A stretch of 63,560 nucleotides of DNA, counting the filler, from Trichosphaerium sp. ATCC 40318 (Eukaryota > Protista > Tubulinea): the NCBI GenBank assembly GCA_038496445.1. It is 3 parts of 3 records of this genome, joined end to end, with 100 filler letters (N's around TTAATTAATTAA, not from the genome) between each part and the next. Parts side by side here need not be neighbours in the genome. Positions count along the whole stretch, not along the records: positions 1 to 26,558 come from JALMLS010000587.1; 2 more parts are not named here. One strand, written 5' to 3'. A program made the position numbers and the translations under genes. The number at the start of each line of letters is the position of its first letter. The first letter of the stretch is position 1. This document shows, one piece after another, positions 1 through 13,300 of the stretch. The notes below the pieces were generated by a model. That model was given only the letters and a program-made list of their open reading frames with translations, made no database searches and was not told the origin of the DNA.

Positions 1-637
1 CAAAAATAATCATTCTCATAGGTTCTTTTCTTTTGCTAAAACAATGAGAACACACGTGAATTTTGCACCGTGATATATTGTACTTTGCGCGAAACTAATA
101 GTTATCATCTCTTTTGACCTTTCTAAGAGTCAATTTTGGAACTCCTACTTGAATTCTTGTACATAAAGTGACACAATGACTTTGAATTCATGAACAAGAT
201 ATGGTGAAAAACAGGAATTGTATCATTGCAGAAATACCAAGGAGCTCACTTTCATCAATATCAATGATCTTAACTATCTCTGTTGATAGCGGGCTTTGCG
301 TTATACAAGCGGCAGTAAATTGACTGTATTCTGAAACCAGACACCAGTTATTGCCTCAAGCACGTGCACTATTGTAGCCTTGTTTTTTTGCGTGCGCATT
401 CTAATTGATTTTCTAAGTGTTTTTGTTCGTACTCCAGAAAGTACTACGGAGCAGTAATGACAAAAATTCGTAGGGAAGTGACCTTGACAGACTTTTGGCG
501 TAGCTGTAAGCTTAACTTCCTTATATAAGTTCATACAAGAACTAATGAACGCTGTAGTAACAAATCTTCGTTTATTTATTATCAAGTAAAAACTCTTTCG
601 AAAATTTCTTTCATCCTCAACACAGTTTGATGGATAT

Positions 638-2108
638 TTATGTTGTCAAAGTGAGACAAGCATGAAGACGTCGCTTACAGGTTGACGACGTTTGTCTCAT
701 TGGACAAGGTGAAACACAAGTTGTTGGAGTCTCACAGTTTCTTATTTCAGTGCCCATTTGATCAGCCAAACAACACCTAAACAAAAAAAAACAAACTTAG
801 TATCAGCATTTAAACTCTAAGGTATTCTTACACATCCTCTCCATCTCCTCCATCAATACGCCCACCATTTAAGTTCTGGATTTCATCTTCTATTATTATC
901 AAATCCTGACCTTCTCCTCCACATACAATTTGCTTTGCAGGTGATGACGCAGCTGTGAATTAAAAATAAGTTAAAGATATTTTTAGTAAAACACGTGCGA
1001 ACTGTTATTGACGATAAAATAATAATGTTTTCTCCACCTCTGCCATCAACAGCGAACATTGATGAGCACCTTGCATACATAGTATCAGAACCATCGCCAG
1101 CTACGCACTGTAAGAATTTGTGTACTAAACTATTTCATGATACCTCGTATTCTCTGCACTTGACTGTTTTGTACTTCAATACAATCGCGCCCAAAAAATC
1201 CACGAACGTCCCCAGTAGAAGAAGGTACTCCGTTGTATGCTAAAACTCTTATGCAATCATCTTGAGAACCTGCATTAATCTCCTTAAACCTGAGAAGATA
1301 AACATGAGTACAAGCAAAGGATTGTTTTAAGTATTGATTTCATACTGTCCAGATGCATCTGTTCTTGATCCTTGGAATATAATGTCGTCCACACCTGCAT
1401 TTCCTCGAACTTCAGCAGTTGTAGATTCTGTAACTCGAATACAGTCCTCACCGCTATCTAAACAATATCAAAAATTATTGAACTGCACTAAAAGGCTTCA
1501 AGTTCTTAATTTGTACATACCTCCTCGTAGCGTACCCGCCACGGTTGCTTGATCTTGTATTTCAATACAGTCGTCACCTCCGTTCCCATTTATTCGACCA
1601 GAGATCACTGTTGAACTACCAGCAATCATGATACAATCATCAGCACTCGTTCCTGTAACTGAATCAGCACTAGCTTTTTGTTAGCACTACGAATGACATT
1701 TTATACAAACCTCGCATCAACAACAACACAATCTACGCCAAGAGATCCAAGATCAACTATTTGAACATCAACAACGTCGATGAATGGCTATTTATTTCGT
1801 ACTATCTCCGCCACCGCTTTGTCGAGGGCAAGCGGTCGGATCTTCAAACATACATCTTGTACACGCCATACATTGGCAATCACATCCACGTGACTCCGGA
1901 ACCGTCGGTTGAGCGAATATCTGTACTAGGCGGTTTTAGGAAACTGCACTACAAAAAAGATAGGACAGTCCAGAAACACTCCTTGCCCAAGTTACTTCCT
2001 GTGCGAAAGTGCGGAAAGTGGGACCTTGAAATGACTAACAAATAAAATCTACAACATACCTGAAATTAGACAAAGAGCCATAAGCATTTGAGTTGACGTT
2101 AACTTCAT
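638..2108 (-). CDS. Secreted Cys-rich protein with RTX-like (GGxGxD / DDCI) repeats, copy 1 of 3, multi-exon
   Basis: ATG at 2108 starts MKLTSTQMLMALCLIS (signal-like), then GT-AG introns. Exons read GCDCQCMACTRC..., TGTSADDCIMI...NGNGGDDCIEI...GGDGEDVCCLAD...HACLTLTT, with TAA at 638-640. Exon 2 boundary unresolved. Confidence 0.7.
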
Positions 2109-3109
2109 TTTGTATGCACAGGAGATACACCAGACGTTTTAGTATTACTATTTTGTGCCTGGATCTTTAGGGAGTCAGTTGTTCACAATTTGTTGCGCTA
2201 TTTTCACCTCGTAGCAAGATATAATACGCCAAACTTACCCACAGCCTTGTAGCATAGTTTCAGATTATCTCGAAAAAGCGTTTGAATTCACAAAATGGCC
2301 ACGATTTTGCGGAGAAAAATTAGAATGTTTTGTCACATGACATAACTTATTTGTCTCAAGGGTGGCATAAATTAGCTTACTGAGCTTATTATTAATATGG
2401 TTTTAGAAAAAAGAAGTGAAAAAAACAAATTGATAAGAGGTAACAACAAGTGAATTTGCGCCTCCAAACCATACTGTAAATACGTTTATTAAAGCACAGG
2501 AGAATTTTACAAAACACTGTACGTACAAACAAAAAAGGACAAGGTCACAAATCAAAACCATTTCGTAATGTTAGGTGGCACGGGGAGATAAAGTCGTGAG
2601 TTTTCTATCCACGTGATTTGTTCGTTTATTTTATAAAAGTTCTAGCGAACTTGGTTCCACTTGCCATAGCTATGAATGCCTATGTTGACTCAACTTGGGT
2701 AGAAAGAAAGTTCCACAATGCCTGCTAGAATCTGGAGTTTAGCTCGCGCTGCAAATTGTTTAATTAGGAGCTGCTCCTTAATAACGTGACAAGTAGACCT
2801 ACTCGTAATGACATAGAAACTATTATTAGAGCTGTTATGTAAAGACCTGAAATCTACCGTACATCTGAAATTTCAGATTACAAAAAGTGAACTTTTACTT
2901 ATTTGCCACCAGTTCGTTTTTGAACTTAAAGAGTTCTGTCTGTGTTCATGTAGCTAGATGAATCTATGATGACATAGTAGATAAAAGGAGCTAAAAGGCA
3001 GAATGATAAGTTTCAAAGCGTGAAAGTAAGAACTGAAACATGCAGTAGCAACAAATCATTATTTATTAAGCAACTAAAACAGGCTATGTCTTCATTTGTT
3101 CATGAATAT

Positions 3110-4602
3110 TTATGTTGTCAAAGCAATACAAGCATGAAGACGTCGGTTACATGTTGACGATGTTTGTGACATTGGACAAGGTGAAACACAAGTTGTTGGA
3201 GTCTCACAGTTTCTTATTTCAGTGCCCATTTGATCAGCCAAACAACACCTTAACAAAAAAAAACAAACTTAGTATCAGCGTCTAAACTCTAAGGTATTCT
3301 TACACATCCTCTCCATCTCCTCCATCAATGCGCCCTCCATTTAAATTCTGAATTTCATCTTCTATTATTATCAAATCTTGACCGTCTCCCCCACGTACAA
3401 TTCGATTTTCAGCCGATAATGCAGCTGCGATTAAAAATAAGTTTCAGATATTTTTAGTAAAACACGTGCAAACTGTTATTGATGACAAAATAATAATATC
3501 CTCTCCATCTCTGCCATCAGCAGCGAATATCGATGAGCACCTTGCATAAATAGTATCATCACCATCGCCACCTATGCACTGGTGAGAATTTGTGTACTAA
3601 CGTAGTTCGTGACACCTCTTATTCTCTGCACTTCACTGTTTTGTACTTCAATACAATCATTCTCATTTCTTCCACGAACTTGCCCAGTAACAGAAGGTAC
3701 TCCGTTGTATGCTAAAACTCTTATGCAATCATCTTGAGAATCTGCATCAATCTGCATAAATCTATGAAGATAAACATGATTAACACTACAAGTCAAGGAT
3801 TGTTTTAAGTATTGATTTCATACGGTCCAAATGCATCTGTTCTTGATCCTTGGAATATAATATCGTCCATGCCATCACTTCCACGGACTTCAGCAGTTGT
3901 AGATTCTGTAACTCGAATACAGTCATCACCATTATCTAAACATAGTAAAAAGTGCGGTTCAATAATTAAGATATTGTTTACAAAAGTGAGGAAAGTTAGA
4001 TGAAAGTTTTGTACATACCTCCTCGTATTCTATCCTCTACTGTTGCTTGATCTTGTAGTACAATACAATCGTCACCTCCGTTCCCATTTATTCGACCAGA
4101 GATCACTGTTGAGCTGCCAGTAATCATGATACAATCATCACCATCGGTTCCTTCAACTGAATCAGCACTAGCTTTTTGTCAGCGCACCGAACGACACTTT
4201 ATACGAACCTCGCATCAACAACAACACAATCTACGCCAAGAGATTCAAGATCAACTATTTGTTCATCAATAAAGTCGAATGAAGGGCTATTTATTTCGTA
4301 CTGTCTCCGCCACCACTTTGTAGAGGGCAAGCGGTCGGATTTTCAAACATACATCCTGTACACGCCATACATTGGCAATCGCATCCACGTGACTCCGGAA
4401 CCGTCGGTTGAGCGAACAGCTGCGCTACTATGCGGTTTTAGTAACTTGAGATGGAGATAGTCCCAAAATACGCCTCAGTTATTTGCTTTCTACAAGGGCT
4501 GCGGCCAATAGCAGTAAATTACAAAACAAAAGTTAAAATCATTAAACGCATACCAGACACAAGCCACAGAGTTATAATTATTTGAGTTGGCGTTAAATTC
4601 AT
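3110..4602 (-). CDS. Secreted RTX-like repeat protein, copy 2 of 3
   Basis: Collinear with copy 1. ATG 4602 (MNLTPTQIIITLWLVS), stop 3110-3112, same intron positions, diverged intron sequence. Confidence 0.7.
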
Positions 4603-5377
4603 CTCTAATTGGTGTACAGGAGATTAACTCGGTCTTGTATTACTAAGATACGGATACGACTGTATCTTTTGGTTGTGCTTTTTAGTGCACAGATTGTTAT
4701 ATTTGTACCTCGTAGCAAGATACGAAAGTACCCAAAAACAGTTCCAAATGTCACACGTATTTTCTCGTGTAAGCACTAACACTTAGGATTCACAGAAAAT
4801 GTAACGGTAAGAGCCATTATCTCATGCCGTCTTTTAAGCTGCAGTTTGCCTGTACACATCTGTTGTAGACAAATTTCACAATTATAGTCAATAAGAAGCC
4901 GGTCAAGCCGGTTAAGCGGAAAAGTAAAACCTCTTTTGGGTACCAAAACTGAGCATTTGCAGATACACCTTGCGCTCTAAAACTTATCAATAAGGATAGT
5001 TGGCTTGGGATGTAATACCCTATGCATTGTTTCATATAATCTTGAAGAACCCACGGTTGCATAGTAGCTACAAAAAGGACAATGCCATTTTATTCATTTA
5101 TGTGCAAGATATTATTTGGAGGTTTTAACGTTTTCTCGCAGCTAATACTCCTCTTTACGCCTGAATATGTGCCAATCACTCGCGCCTGGTGCTAGTAAGT
5201 TAACAGTAAATTATTATTAATTCGCACCCGTATTTATGGCTCCTTGGGGCGAGTAGTAATGCGAGCGCACCTAAGAAAAATACTATGATCGTCTTGTTAG
5301 ATGATATGACTTTGGCACAATGCTTTTTCGCCTTGCCTTAAAGTACATAAGGACTGCAAGCAAGTGACATACAAAGA

Positions 5378-7114
5378 ATGATGTATGTTAAAACGGCATT
5401 GAAGGACGTCCTGAATACAAAAGAAATAATGCCGCCGCTTACTATAGTAGCGAACAAAGAAGAAGAACGACTCCAAAAGCTTATGACTAAATCGGACTGG
5501 AAGGTAACGTTTTATAACGGTCCGAAGGTGGAACCTAGGATAGGCAAATACACCAGACAAGCATTTGAAAGCTTTGTTTATTCTGTAGAAGTAGAAGGCC
5601 AAATACACTACGTCATAGGTACTGATGGTAGTGTGGTGGATGATAAAGTTGCGTCATCAGCAGTGGCTTTTGCGTGCAATAAGAAAACATGCACTAAAGC
5701 AGCTACGATGTTTCATGATGACTCTACAGGATCTGAACTTGAAGCTATAGAGCTAGCCCTAAAGGCGTCACCTGATGAACTTAACATTATTAATGTCACA
5801 GACTCATTAGGAGCTAAACAACTCATAGACGGATATAAAGATATGTCTAAAGTAGATAAGTTCAAGTGTAAATATGGACACACACTTGTCAGAATCACAA
5901 ATACTATTAAGAAACGATTAAAGAAGGGTAGCTCCACAGAACTAATATTCTATCCTAGTCACGCAAACACCAGTTTCAAGAAATTGATGAAGGCTAGAAT
6001 TGTTCGTAGAGAACTAGAAAAGCGATTCGAACCTGAAGATGTAGACCAATTTCAAAAATTGAATGAAATGGCGGACTGGGCAGCTGGAGCAGAAGAGCTC
6101 CCAGTGCAAAACCATAGCTTGATCAATACTAACGCAGTTCCAGTTGGTACACCCAACTGGATCATGCGTAATTCTAGAAATGGGAAGAAAATCTTTAATG
6201 ACCCGTGGATTGAGTTTCGTAATGAAGGAGAATCTAGCAAAATACAAGAAATGGAGCTAGTGTCTGTAGCTAATGGCAGGTCTCGTGTTGGTATTATGTA
6301 CAAGGAATCCTACTTCCCTGATTGTACGTACGCTCAATCAGCTATTAAAGAATTTGTCTTTAGGGTTAGGAACAACGCGCTTAGTCTGAATGAGGCGTGT
6401 CATAACCCACATAGAATTGGTAAGTCTGCATCCGTCTGGTCTAAACGCAATCGTATAATGTATCCTAATCCAAATTGTGGCGCGTGTGCAGAAAATGGAA
6501 TTAACGTGGTAGAAAATTTTTCCCATTTTGCGTGCTGTAAAAATAGCGACTTTAGGTTTGAATTCCATTTTATTACGCAAATATCGCGTATATTACAACA
6601 TGTTCTACATTGGAAGCACCCGAAGTTATCGTGGGATGAGTCTGATGCGAATAGATCAGCTATTGTAGGCGTTACCGCTGGTAACGCCTTTGTCCTCCCG
6701 GACATGGTTAAAACATGGAGAGTGACTAACGAGATGCGAGAAGTGGCTATGTTGGGTATGAGCGAAGAGAATATGAACAATCTTAGAATGGTCCAGAGTG
6801 GTAGATCTCATGGACGTATGTCGTCAATTGTTAGAGCGGAAGAAATGGCCGCAGTATGGGGAGTTAGTGAAGGTAATAACGGTAATATGGAGTTCCGTAC
6901 ATCGCAGGGATGGGTGATGAAAGGTATGGAGACGAAGGTTAAAAATATCCTTGGACTATCGGATGCAAAGGCAAAATCAGCGACAAGCATGATCAATGTA
7001 GCATACATTGCGTTGTTATACCGTAAGTATAAGGCTAGATGTAGCAAAGAGGCAAAAATACGTAGCGAAAGGGGAAGATCAGTTGGCAGAGGGTACTGGC
7101 GGAAATATATGTAA
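5378..7114 (+). CDS. C-terminal part of non-LTR Pol: RNase H plus CCHC-type zinc-binding region
   Basis: RNase H motifs IGTDGS, SELEAI, VTDS, YPSH and NEMADWAA, then CGAC...HFACC. No RT or endonuclease domain remains. Confidence 0.85.
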   Translation: MMYVKTALKDVLNTKEIMPPLTIVANKEEERLQKLMTKSDWKVTFYNGPKVEPRIGKYTRQAFESFVYSVEVEGQIHYVIGTDGSVVDDKVASSAVAFACNKKTCTKAATMFHDDSTGSELEAIELALKASPDELNIINVTDSLGAKQLIDGYKDMSKVDKFKCKYGHTLVRITNTIKKRLKKGSSTELIFYPSHANTSFKKLMKARIVRRELEKRFEPEDVDQFQKLNEMADWAAGAEELPVQNHSLINTNAVPVGTPNWIMRNSRNGKKIFNDPWIEFRNEGESSKIQEMELVSVANGRSRVGIMYKESYFPDCTYAQSAIKEFVFRVRNNALSLNEACHNPHRIGKSASVWSKRNRIMYPNPNCGACAENGINVVENFSHFACCKNSDFRFEFHFITQISRILQHVLHWKHPKLSWDESDANRSAIVGVTAGNAFVLPDMVKTWRVTNEMREVAMLGMSEENMNNLRMVQSGRSHGRMSSIVRAEEMAAVWGVSEGNNGNMEFRTSQGWVMKGMETKVKNILGLSDAKAKSATSMINVAYIALLYRKYKARCSKEAKIRSERGRSVGRGYWRKYM

Positions 7115-7361
7115 CGGGAGGCACATGGTTAAACAATCAGTCAAGGGGAGGAGAAGGGTAACGGAGACTATGTAAGAGGCGTCAGGTTTTTATGCCAGGG
7201 GGCTTTTCCTGAGTAGGAGGTTTTTCGAGCGTCCTCCTTGTTTCACTATTCTATTTTTTCCTTTTCTTTTTAATTTGTGAGTTTTGGCTCTAGTAGCCAT
7301 GTCGGGTGGTGTGGCGCTTTTCTCATAGCGGCCTTTTCTGCGCCCTGAAAGTCAACCCCAG

Positions 7362-7399
7362 ACAATAAACAATAAACAAACAACAAACAACAAACAACA
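7362..7399 (+). repeat. 7-bp tandem-repeat 3' tail of the retroelement
   Basis: acaataa acaataa acaa acaacaa acaacaa acaaca lies directly before the right TSD. Confidence 0.85.
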
Positions 7400-7460
7400 G
7401 ACTGCAAGCAAGATACGTTGTCATGAGTTATAGAATGTGATCAAAGTAATACATGAATAT

Positions 7461-8954
7461 TTATGTTGTCAAATCAATACAAGCATGAAGACGTCGGTTA
7501 CAGGTTGACGACGTTTGTCTCATTGGACAAGGTGAAACACAAGTTGTTGGAGTCTCACAGTCTCTTATTTCAGTGCCCATTTGATCAGCCAAACAACACC
7601 TTAGCAAAAACATTAGCTTAATTAAATGTAAACTCTAAGGTGTTCATACAGATTATCTCCATCTCCTCCATCAATACGTCCTCCACTTAAGTTTTGAATT
7701 TCATCTTCTATTATTATCAGATCTCGACCACCACCTCCACGTACAATTTGATCTTCAGTCGATGATGCAGCTGTGAATAAAAATAAGTTGAAGATATTTT
7801 TCAGAAAACACGTGCGAACTGTTATCGATGACAAAATAATAGTATCCCGCCCATCTCTGCCTTCAGCAGAGAATATTGATGAACACCTTGCATAAATAGT
7901 ATCATCACCATCACCACCTATGAACTGGTAAGAAATTAAACAACACCACTTTATGATACCTCTTATTCTCTCCACTTGACTGTTTTGTACTTCAATGCAA
8001 TCAGCCCCAGTATTTCCACGAACGTTCCCAGTAACAGATGGTACTCCGTTGTATGCTAAAACTCTTATGCAATCCCGTTGAGAATCTGCATCAATCTCCT
8101 TAAATCTACCGGATAAACATGAGTACCTCTAAGTCAAGACTTTCTTTAAACATGAGTTGGATTTGTTAAAAGTAGTGATTTCATACGATCCAGATGCATC
8201 TGTTCTTGATCCTTGGAATATAATATCATCCCTATCATTATTTCCACGAACTTCAGCAGTTGTAGATTCTGTAACTCGAATGCAGTCATCACCATTATCT
8301 AAACAATATTAAAAATACATGAATGTCTCAAGTATTTTGTACATACTTCCACGTATTCTTTCCTCTACTGTTGCTTGATCTTGTATTACAATACAGTCCT
8401 CACCTCTATTCGCATTTATTTCACCAGAGATCACTGTTGAGCTGCCAGTAATCATGATACAATCATCATCATCTGTTCCTTCAACTGAATCGGCACTAGC
8501 TTTTGGTTAGCGCAACAAATGACACTTCCAAGTTTCAAACCTCGCATCAACAACAACACAATCTACGCCAAGAGATCCAAGGTCAACTATTTGAACATCA
8601 ACAACGTCAATGAATGGCTATTTATTTCGTACTATCTCCTCCACCGCTTTGTAGAGGACATAAGGTTGTATCTTCAAACATACATCTTGTACACGCCATA
8701 CATTGGCAATCACATCCACGTGACTCAGGAATCGCTGGTTGAGCGAATAGCTGCGCTACTATGCGGTTTTAGTAACTTTGATAGGACAAACATGGAGATA
8801 GTCCTAAAATACGCCTCAGTTTTTCCAACAAAGGCTGCAAACCATCACCCAGTGGTTAATAGTAATAAATTACAAACAAAAGTTAAAAAAGCATTAAACG
8901 CATACCAGACACAAGCCACAGAGTTATAATTATTTGAGTTGGCGTAAACTTCAT
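7461..8954 (-). CDS. Secreted RTX-like repeat protein, copy 3 of 3
   Basis: ATG 8954 (MKFTPTQIIITLWLVS). Exons include GGDGDDTIYAR, GGGGRDLIIIE and GGDGDN. Stop 7461-7463. Confidence 0.7.
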
Positions 8955-9643
8955 CTCTAATTGGTGTACAGGAGATCTGCTTCACGTCTTGTATTACTAA
9001 GATGTGATTGGCTCTTTCGGGATAACGTTTGTGCACAGATTGTGACATTTGTACCTCATCCCAATAACAAAACACCAAATAGATGTCAAATTACAAACAG
9101 GTTGTCCATTAACTGATACACGGGATTATTTCGGACAAACTGTAAAAAATACACTGTGAATTCACTGAAAATATAACGCCTCGACTGAATGGTAGTTTTT
9201 ATTGTTCTGGGTTACAATACCAATACTATTGTAGGGATAATGTTCCGCCTATTTATTCCTTGGGTCCCATGCAGATTTACATATCTGATAAGAACACTTA
9301 TGTCTGAACATGTGAGACATTTCAGGCGTTTGAACGAGCTGGACTGATCCAACAAAGACAAGCAACCAACCGAAGCAGTTTATACGATAGCAAGCAGAAA
9401 TCACCCACCCACTACCGCCCTTTTTGCAATTCAAAAAAAAAAAAAAAAAAGAAGTTTTCTTCATTTATCCATGCACATGCGATCGTGTTATGTAAATAAA
9501 CCACACACTCGCTCTGCGCCAGAGCTATCGGTCAGGGACAGTGTGTTCCTTTCCTCCCAGATTGTCTTGCAATAGCTTTTGTTGGGATTGAGGATTGGTC
9601 TAACAGAGTAAAAGTTGTGTTGTTGTAGCTGTGAGATACAAAA

Positions 9644-10050
9644 TTATGTACTCCATGTTGAGACGTCATCTAAATCAATTTTGTAGAATCTGAACAAAAG
9701 GGAAAGAACAAGATGAGGAAAATGCAAAAACAACAGCCTAAAACATGTGGAAGAATACAACCGTTTCGGTCCACCTTGGTTCTTCAGAGTACTACAACTA
9801 AACATTCCAAATGAATATAAAGTTGGCAAAAATAGTCTAAAAAGTTTCACCATGAAACGGATGTCAGTGTTGTGTTTGACCTGAAATAACACTTTTGCGT
9901 GTTAGTGTTAACCTTATTTTAATATGGGTTGTGACAGGTTGCCCGTGGGCTGTGTAATCTATCCCACTGACATCCTTATGTAGCATTTAATGTTTGAGAT
10001 TTCAATAGCGAGTACATTCTTGTACTGATCTGAAGTGGCCTTTGGAAAAG
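9644..10050 (-). CDS. Small multi-exon hypothetical protein (5' end uncertain)
   Basis: Exons splice in frame at GT-AG sites: ...HKDVSGIDYTAHGQPVTTHIKIRSNTTLTSVSCCSTLKNQGGPKRFYKIDLDDVSTWST*. Confidence 0.4.
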
Positions 10051-10372
10051 TAGGTTAAGGTCAAATTGATATTACTTTATAAAAGCACTAAAGGGCAGCA
10101 CAAATAATACTTTCCTAAATCGAGAAATTGCTGAAAGAATGCCACCGAAATGTTATGAGTTTTCTCCCCTTTCTCGCTAAACTATGCTCTACAAAGGTAT
10201 TCTGCAAAATGTATATTAGTGAAAGCTTGCGCAAAATAACCCGGTTGGATGAGTTTCTTCGATCGCTAAAATGTATTCCCCGATTTTGACAGCAAAAAAC
10301 CAATGTGTATATTTGGTACTATTTCTCCGTCCATTCATAAAATCTACAAAACCACGCCGTTCCTACGCTCGT

Positions 10373-13300
10373 ATGGGATTCAGCTCCTTTTTAGCCCAAC
10401 TGGGCGTTATTTCGTACAAAAGGCTGCTGTTAACTATTAGAAACTGGAAAGTTACAGTAGGGCAACTCATAGCGCCATTCCTTATTGTAGCATTATTATT
10501 TGGTGCGTAGAAAAGTATTCGCAAAAGTTTGGCTAATAGTATTTCAAAAAGGTCTCCAAGCAGCTACCAATTACTTGCTCAATCAAAAAGATGAGGTTTG
10601 AAGACTATATTGCCAATTGTTGTTGACTGTACACTAGCACCCAACACCAACCGCCTTAGAGGTAGTACCAATGTGTACAGCACGCGGAAGTAACCCTTGT
10701 CATACAGTAGTTTATGGTAACGCATAACAAAACGCTTATTCTCCTTTTCGCTCCAAAACCATATCTGACGCATAATTTTAGGCCCATCAGATGTTCCGTG
10801 GGTAGAAACGCTCATGAGAGCTGTACGTTTCTTCCATATTTTTTTTTTTGTTTTTTCTTCTTTTCTAAATTTAGTGATAGTTTGCTGACATCAACGACCT
10901 GCCCTGGGATACATTTTTAGCTGTGGGTTCTGTAGAAGGTACTGCGGTGTAATATTGTTCCGCTAACACGTGACATTAATCAAACAAAAAAAATTAATCA
11001 TTTTTCTTTAGAACCGAGCAATAATACGATATATGACTATATATTGACAAACCAGAACAAAACACAGAACGCTATTAATTTCACAACACGTAAGCAAAAA
11101 AATTTCTTGTTGTGTAGAGAGCACTAACTGATGAACCTATAAGCGTATTTGGATGCTACTGCTAGAAGCAATGAGTTACCTAAAGATGTTGGATACATAT
11201 TCTTCTACAATCATAGTGACGCTCAACCATCTTATGGTCCTTCTGTAAGTTGTTTTGTTACTCAAGTGAACCTTCGGGCTAACATTTACTCCACGTTGAA
11301 CTTTCGGGCTAATGTTACTTTAGTTTTTGGCACACTTGAGCAATGCTTTATATGCTTTTAATAAAAGCGATTCCACGCTAAATGGATTGCCAGTTGGTAA
11401 TATTTGTTCTTGTCATATTGAAACTTGCTAACACTTACCAAGATATCTCTGTTGAGAAGTTTCCTAAGCCTCCACAGCGCTTTGCAGGTATGACATTTCT
11501 AGGCTCTTCAAATGTCACCTTACTCTACTTTTTCTAGGTTACTCTTTAGTATCTGGACAAGGTGCAGCATGGTTCTTTGTACCTCCATGCGTCATATTTT
11601 TTATGCTGGTGTCCGAGCTTGTTGGAGAAAAGGTTTCCCCGGGATGCTTAGTTTACTCTTATTTACAGTCTTTAGGAATCTCGTATTCGTCTCGGTATGC
11701 GTATGATGGGTTTGAAGGTGTAGTGAAAAATCTTCTGAACTTTTGTTTAAGTTCTTACTTCTTTATCTTAGAATAGCGTTTATTATCTTGTATGGTTGAT
11801 TTACGGTGCTATAATGATGGCATTATCTTCAGTACGCATAATACAAGAATAACAGATACTAAATTATTCAAAGCTCGTGCTTGTATTATCAGGAATGGCA
11901 TTCCAATTTGATTTTTTCTTGAATTCCGGATTTTTGCCTGTGTTCCTACTGTTTTGGATCTTTGGCTTGTCTATGATTGGTATTGGATTTCTACTATCCT
12001 CTCTCACCTCTAAAGTGAAGACTGCACAAACAGGTGAGTGCAAAAACATACAAACATGTTAATGTCAGCTAAAACTGTCTGTAGTCTGCTATGCGCTTAT
12101 TCTTATTGGTTTTGTGTTTCAGTTTATCTTAACTGCAGGAGACGGGATGTTTCTATTACTCATGTGGTCTGACAATCTTAAAGCATGGGTTATCTTCTTA
12201 CGCTATGTATTACTCTTCTATCCTCCTTTCGATCTTACAAAAGGATTCGTTGATATCTCACGCAAAGCGTCTAAAGTAATTAATCGTGATGGTACGACTT
12301 AAAAGCCATTTGAGTTAAGTGGTAAGTTTTTGTTGACATTTTTGATTAGAGGGAAAGTTAGTTGAAGGTTCTGGCTTCGCCATAAGCGATATGACTAAGT
12401 CTGTAAATGCTGTATTCTTTGATGGCAGATTCTCTGTCGTAGCACCACCAATGATCGAATCATTATACTGGTTAGCTGGTATCGGCGTGTTATTCACGAT
12501 ACTTGCATGGTAATGCTTGCTGTTTTTTTTTTCTTCTCGCTGACTCGCACGTGATAGGTACTTTGATAACGTTCTTTCTGGTGACCATGGGTCTCCAAAG
12601 CCTCCATATTTCTTCTTACTCCCTTCGTACTGGGGCTGTTCATCCAAGAAAGCTAAGACAGTTCCGGTACCAAGACGCTACTCTGTGGTATTCTTCAAAA
12701 AAAAAAAAACCAGCCTTCAATTTAAAATTCAGAAATTGATTAACCGATATCTTTAGTCTTCTCCTGGTATTCAAGATGGTGACCTTGGTTCTGAATTAAG
12801 TGATGTTGATGAAGATGTAACCGCTGAAGCCGCTAGAGCCTTCACATCCACTGATTCGGCTATTCGTATTCTTGGCTTGACAAAAGTATACAGAAAGTTT
12901 GGATGTTGTGCAACGTCTAAGGATGTCAAAGCTGTTACTGATTTATCTTTTGCTGTTGAAGATGGAGAGATATTTTGCTTACTAGGCCATAATGGCGCTG
13001 GTAAAACTACAGCTATAAACATGCTTACTGGCTTATATCTTCCATCTGATGGTACTTTTATTCTTTCTCTTTTACAGTCAGTTTTTGAAGCTAATTTCGC
13101 TTAGGCGATGCTGTTATTTATGGAAAGAGTATACGCAATGATATAGATGGTATCAGAAGTACATTAGGTGTCTGTCCTCAACATGACATATTGGTAAGTC
13201 AAGTTCACTGAAGGAGATTTATCAACGCTTTGTTAGTGGAACAATCTTACTGCTATTGAGCACCTCCGTATCTTCTGTAGATTGAAAGGATTACCTTCTT

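Larger units (their letters stand above)
5365..7399 (+). mobile_element. 5'-truncated non-LTR retrotransposon (LINE-like)
   Basis: 13-bp direct repeat GACTGCAAGCAAG at 5352-5364 and 7400-7412 (TSD). 3' tail of ACAATAA/ACAACAA repeats at 7362-7399. Intronless ORF is open from the 5' junction. Confidence 0.9.

Noticed and set aside
1-600. Possible gene at the window start
   Set aside because: I could not build a consistent spliced model or recognise a domain.
5378-7114. Stand-alone cellular RNase H, or DGR/retron component
   Set aside because: The TSD, repeat tail and open 5' junction identify a truncated LINE.
995-8929. Plus-strand ORFs repeated three times in the ORF track
   Set aside because: They are antisense shadows of the spliced minus-strand gene family.
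9503-9594. SECIS element or hammerhead ribozyme
   Set aside because: Core motifs and spacing do not fit, and I saw no in-frame UGA in the readable part of the neighbouring gene.
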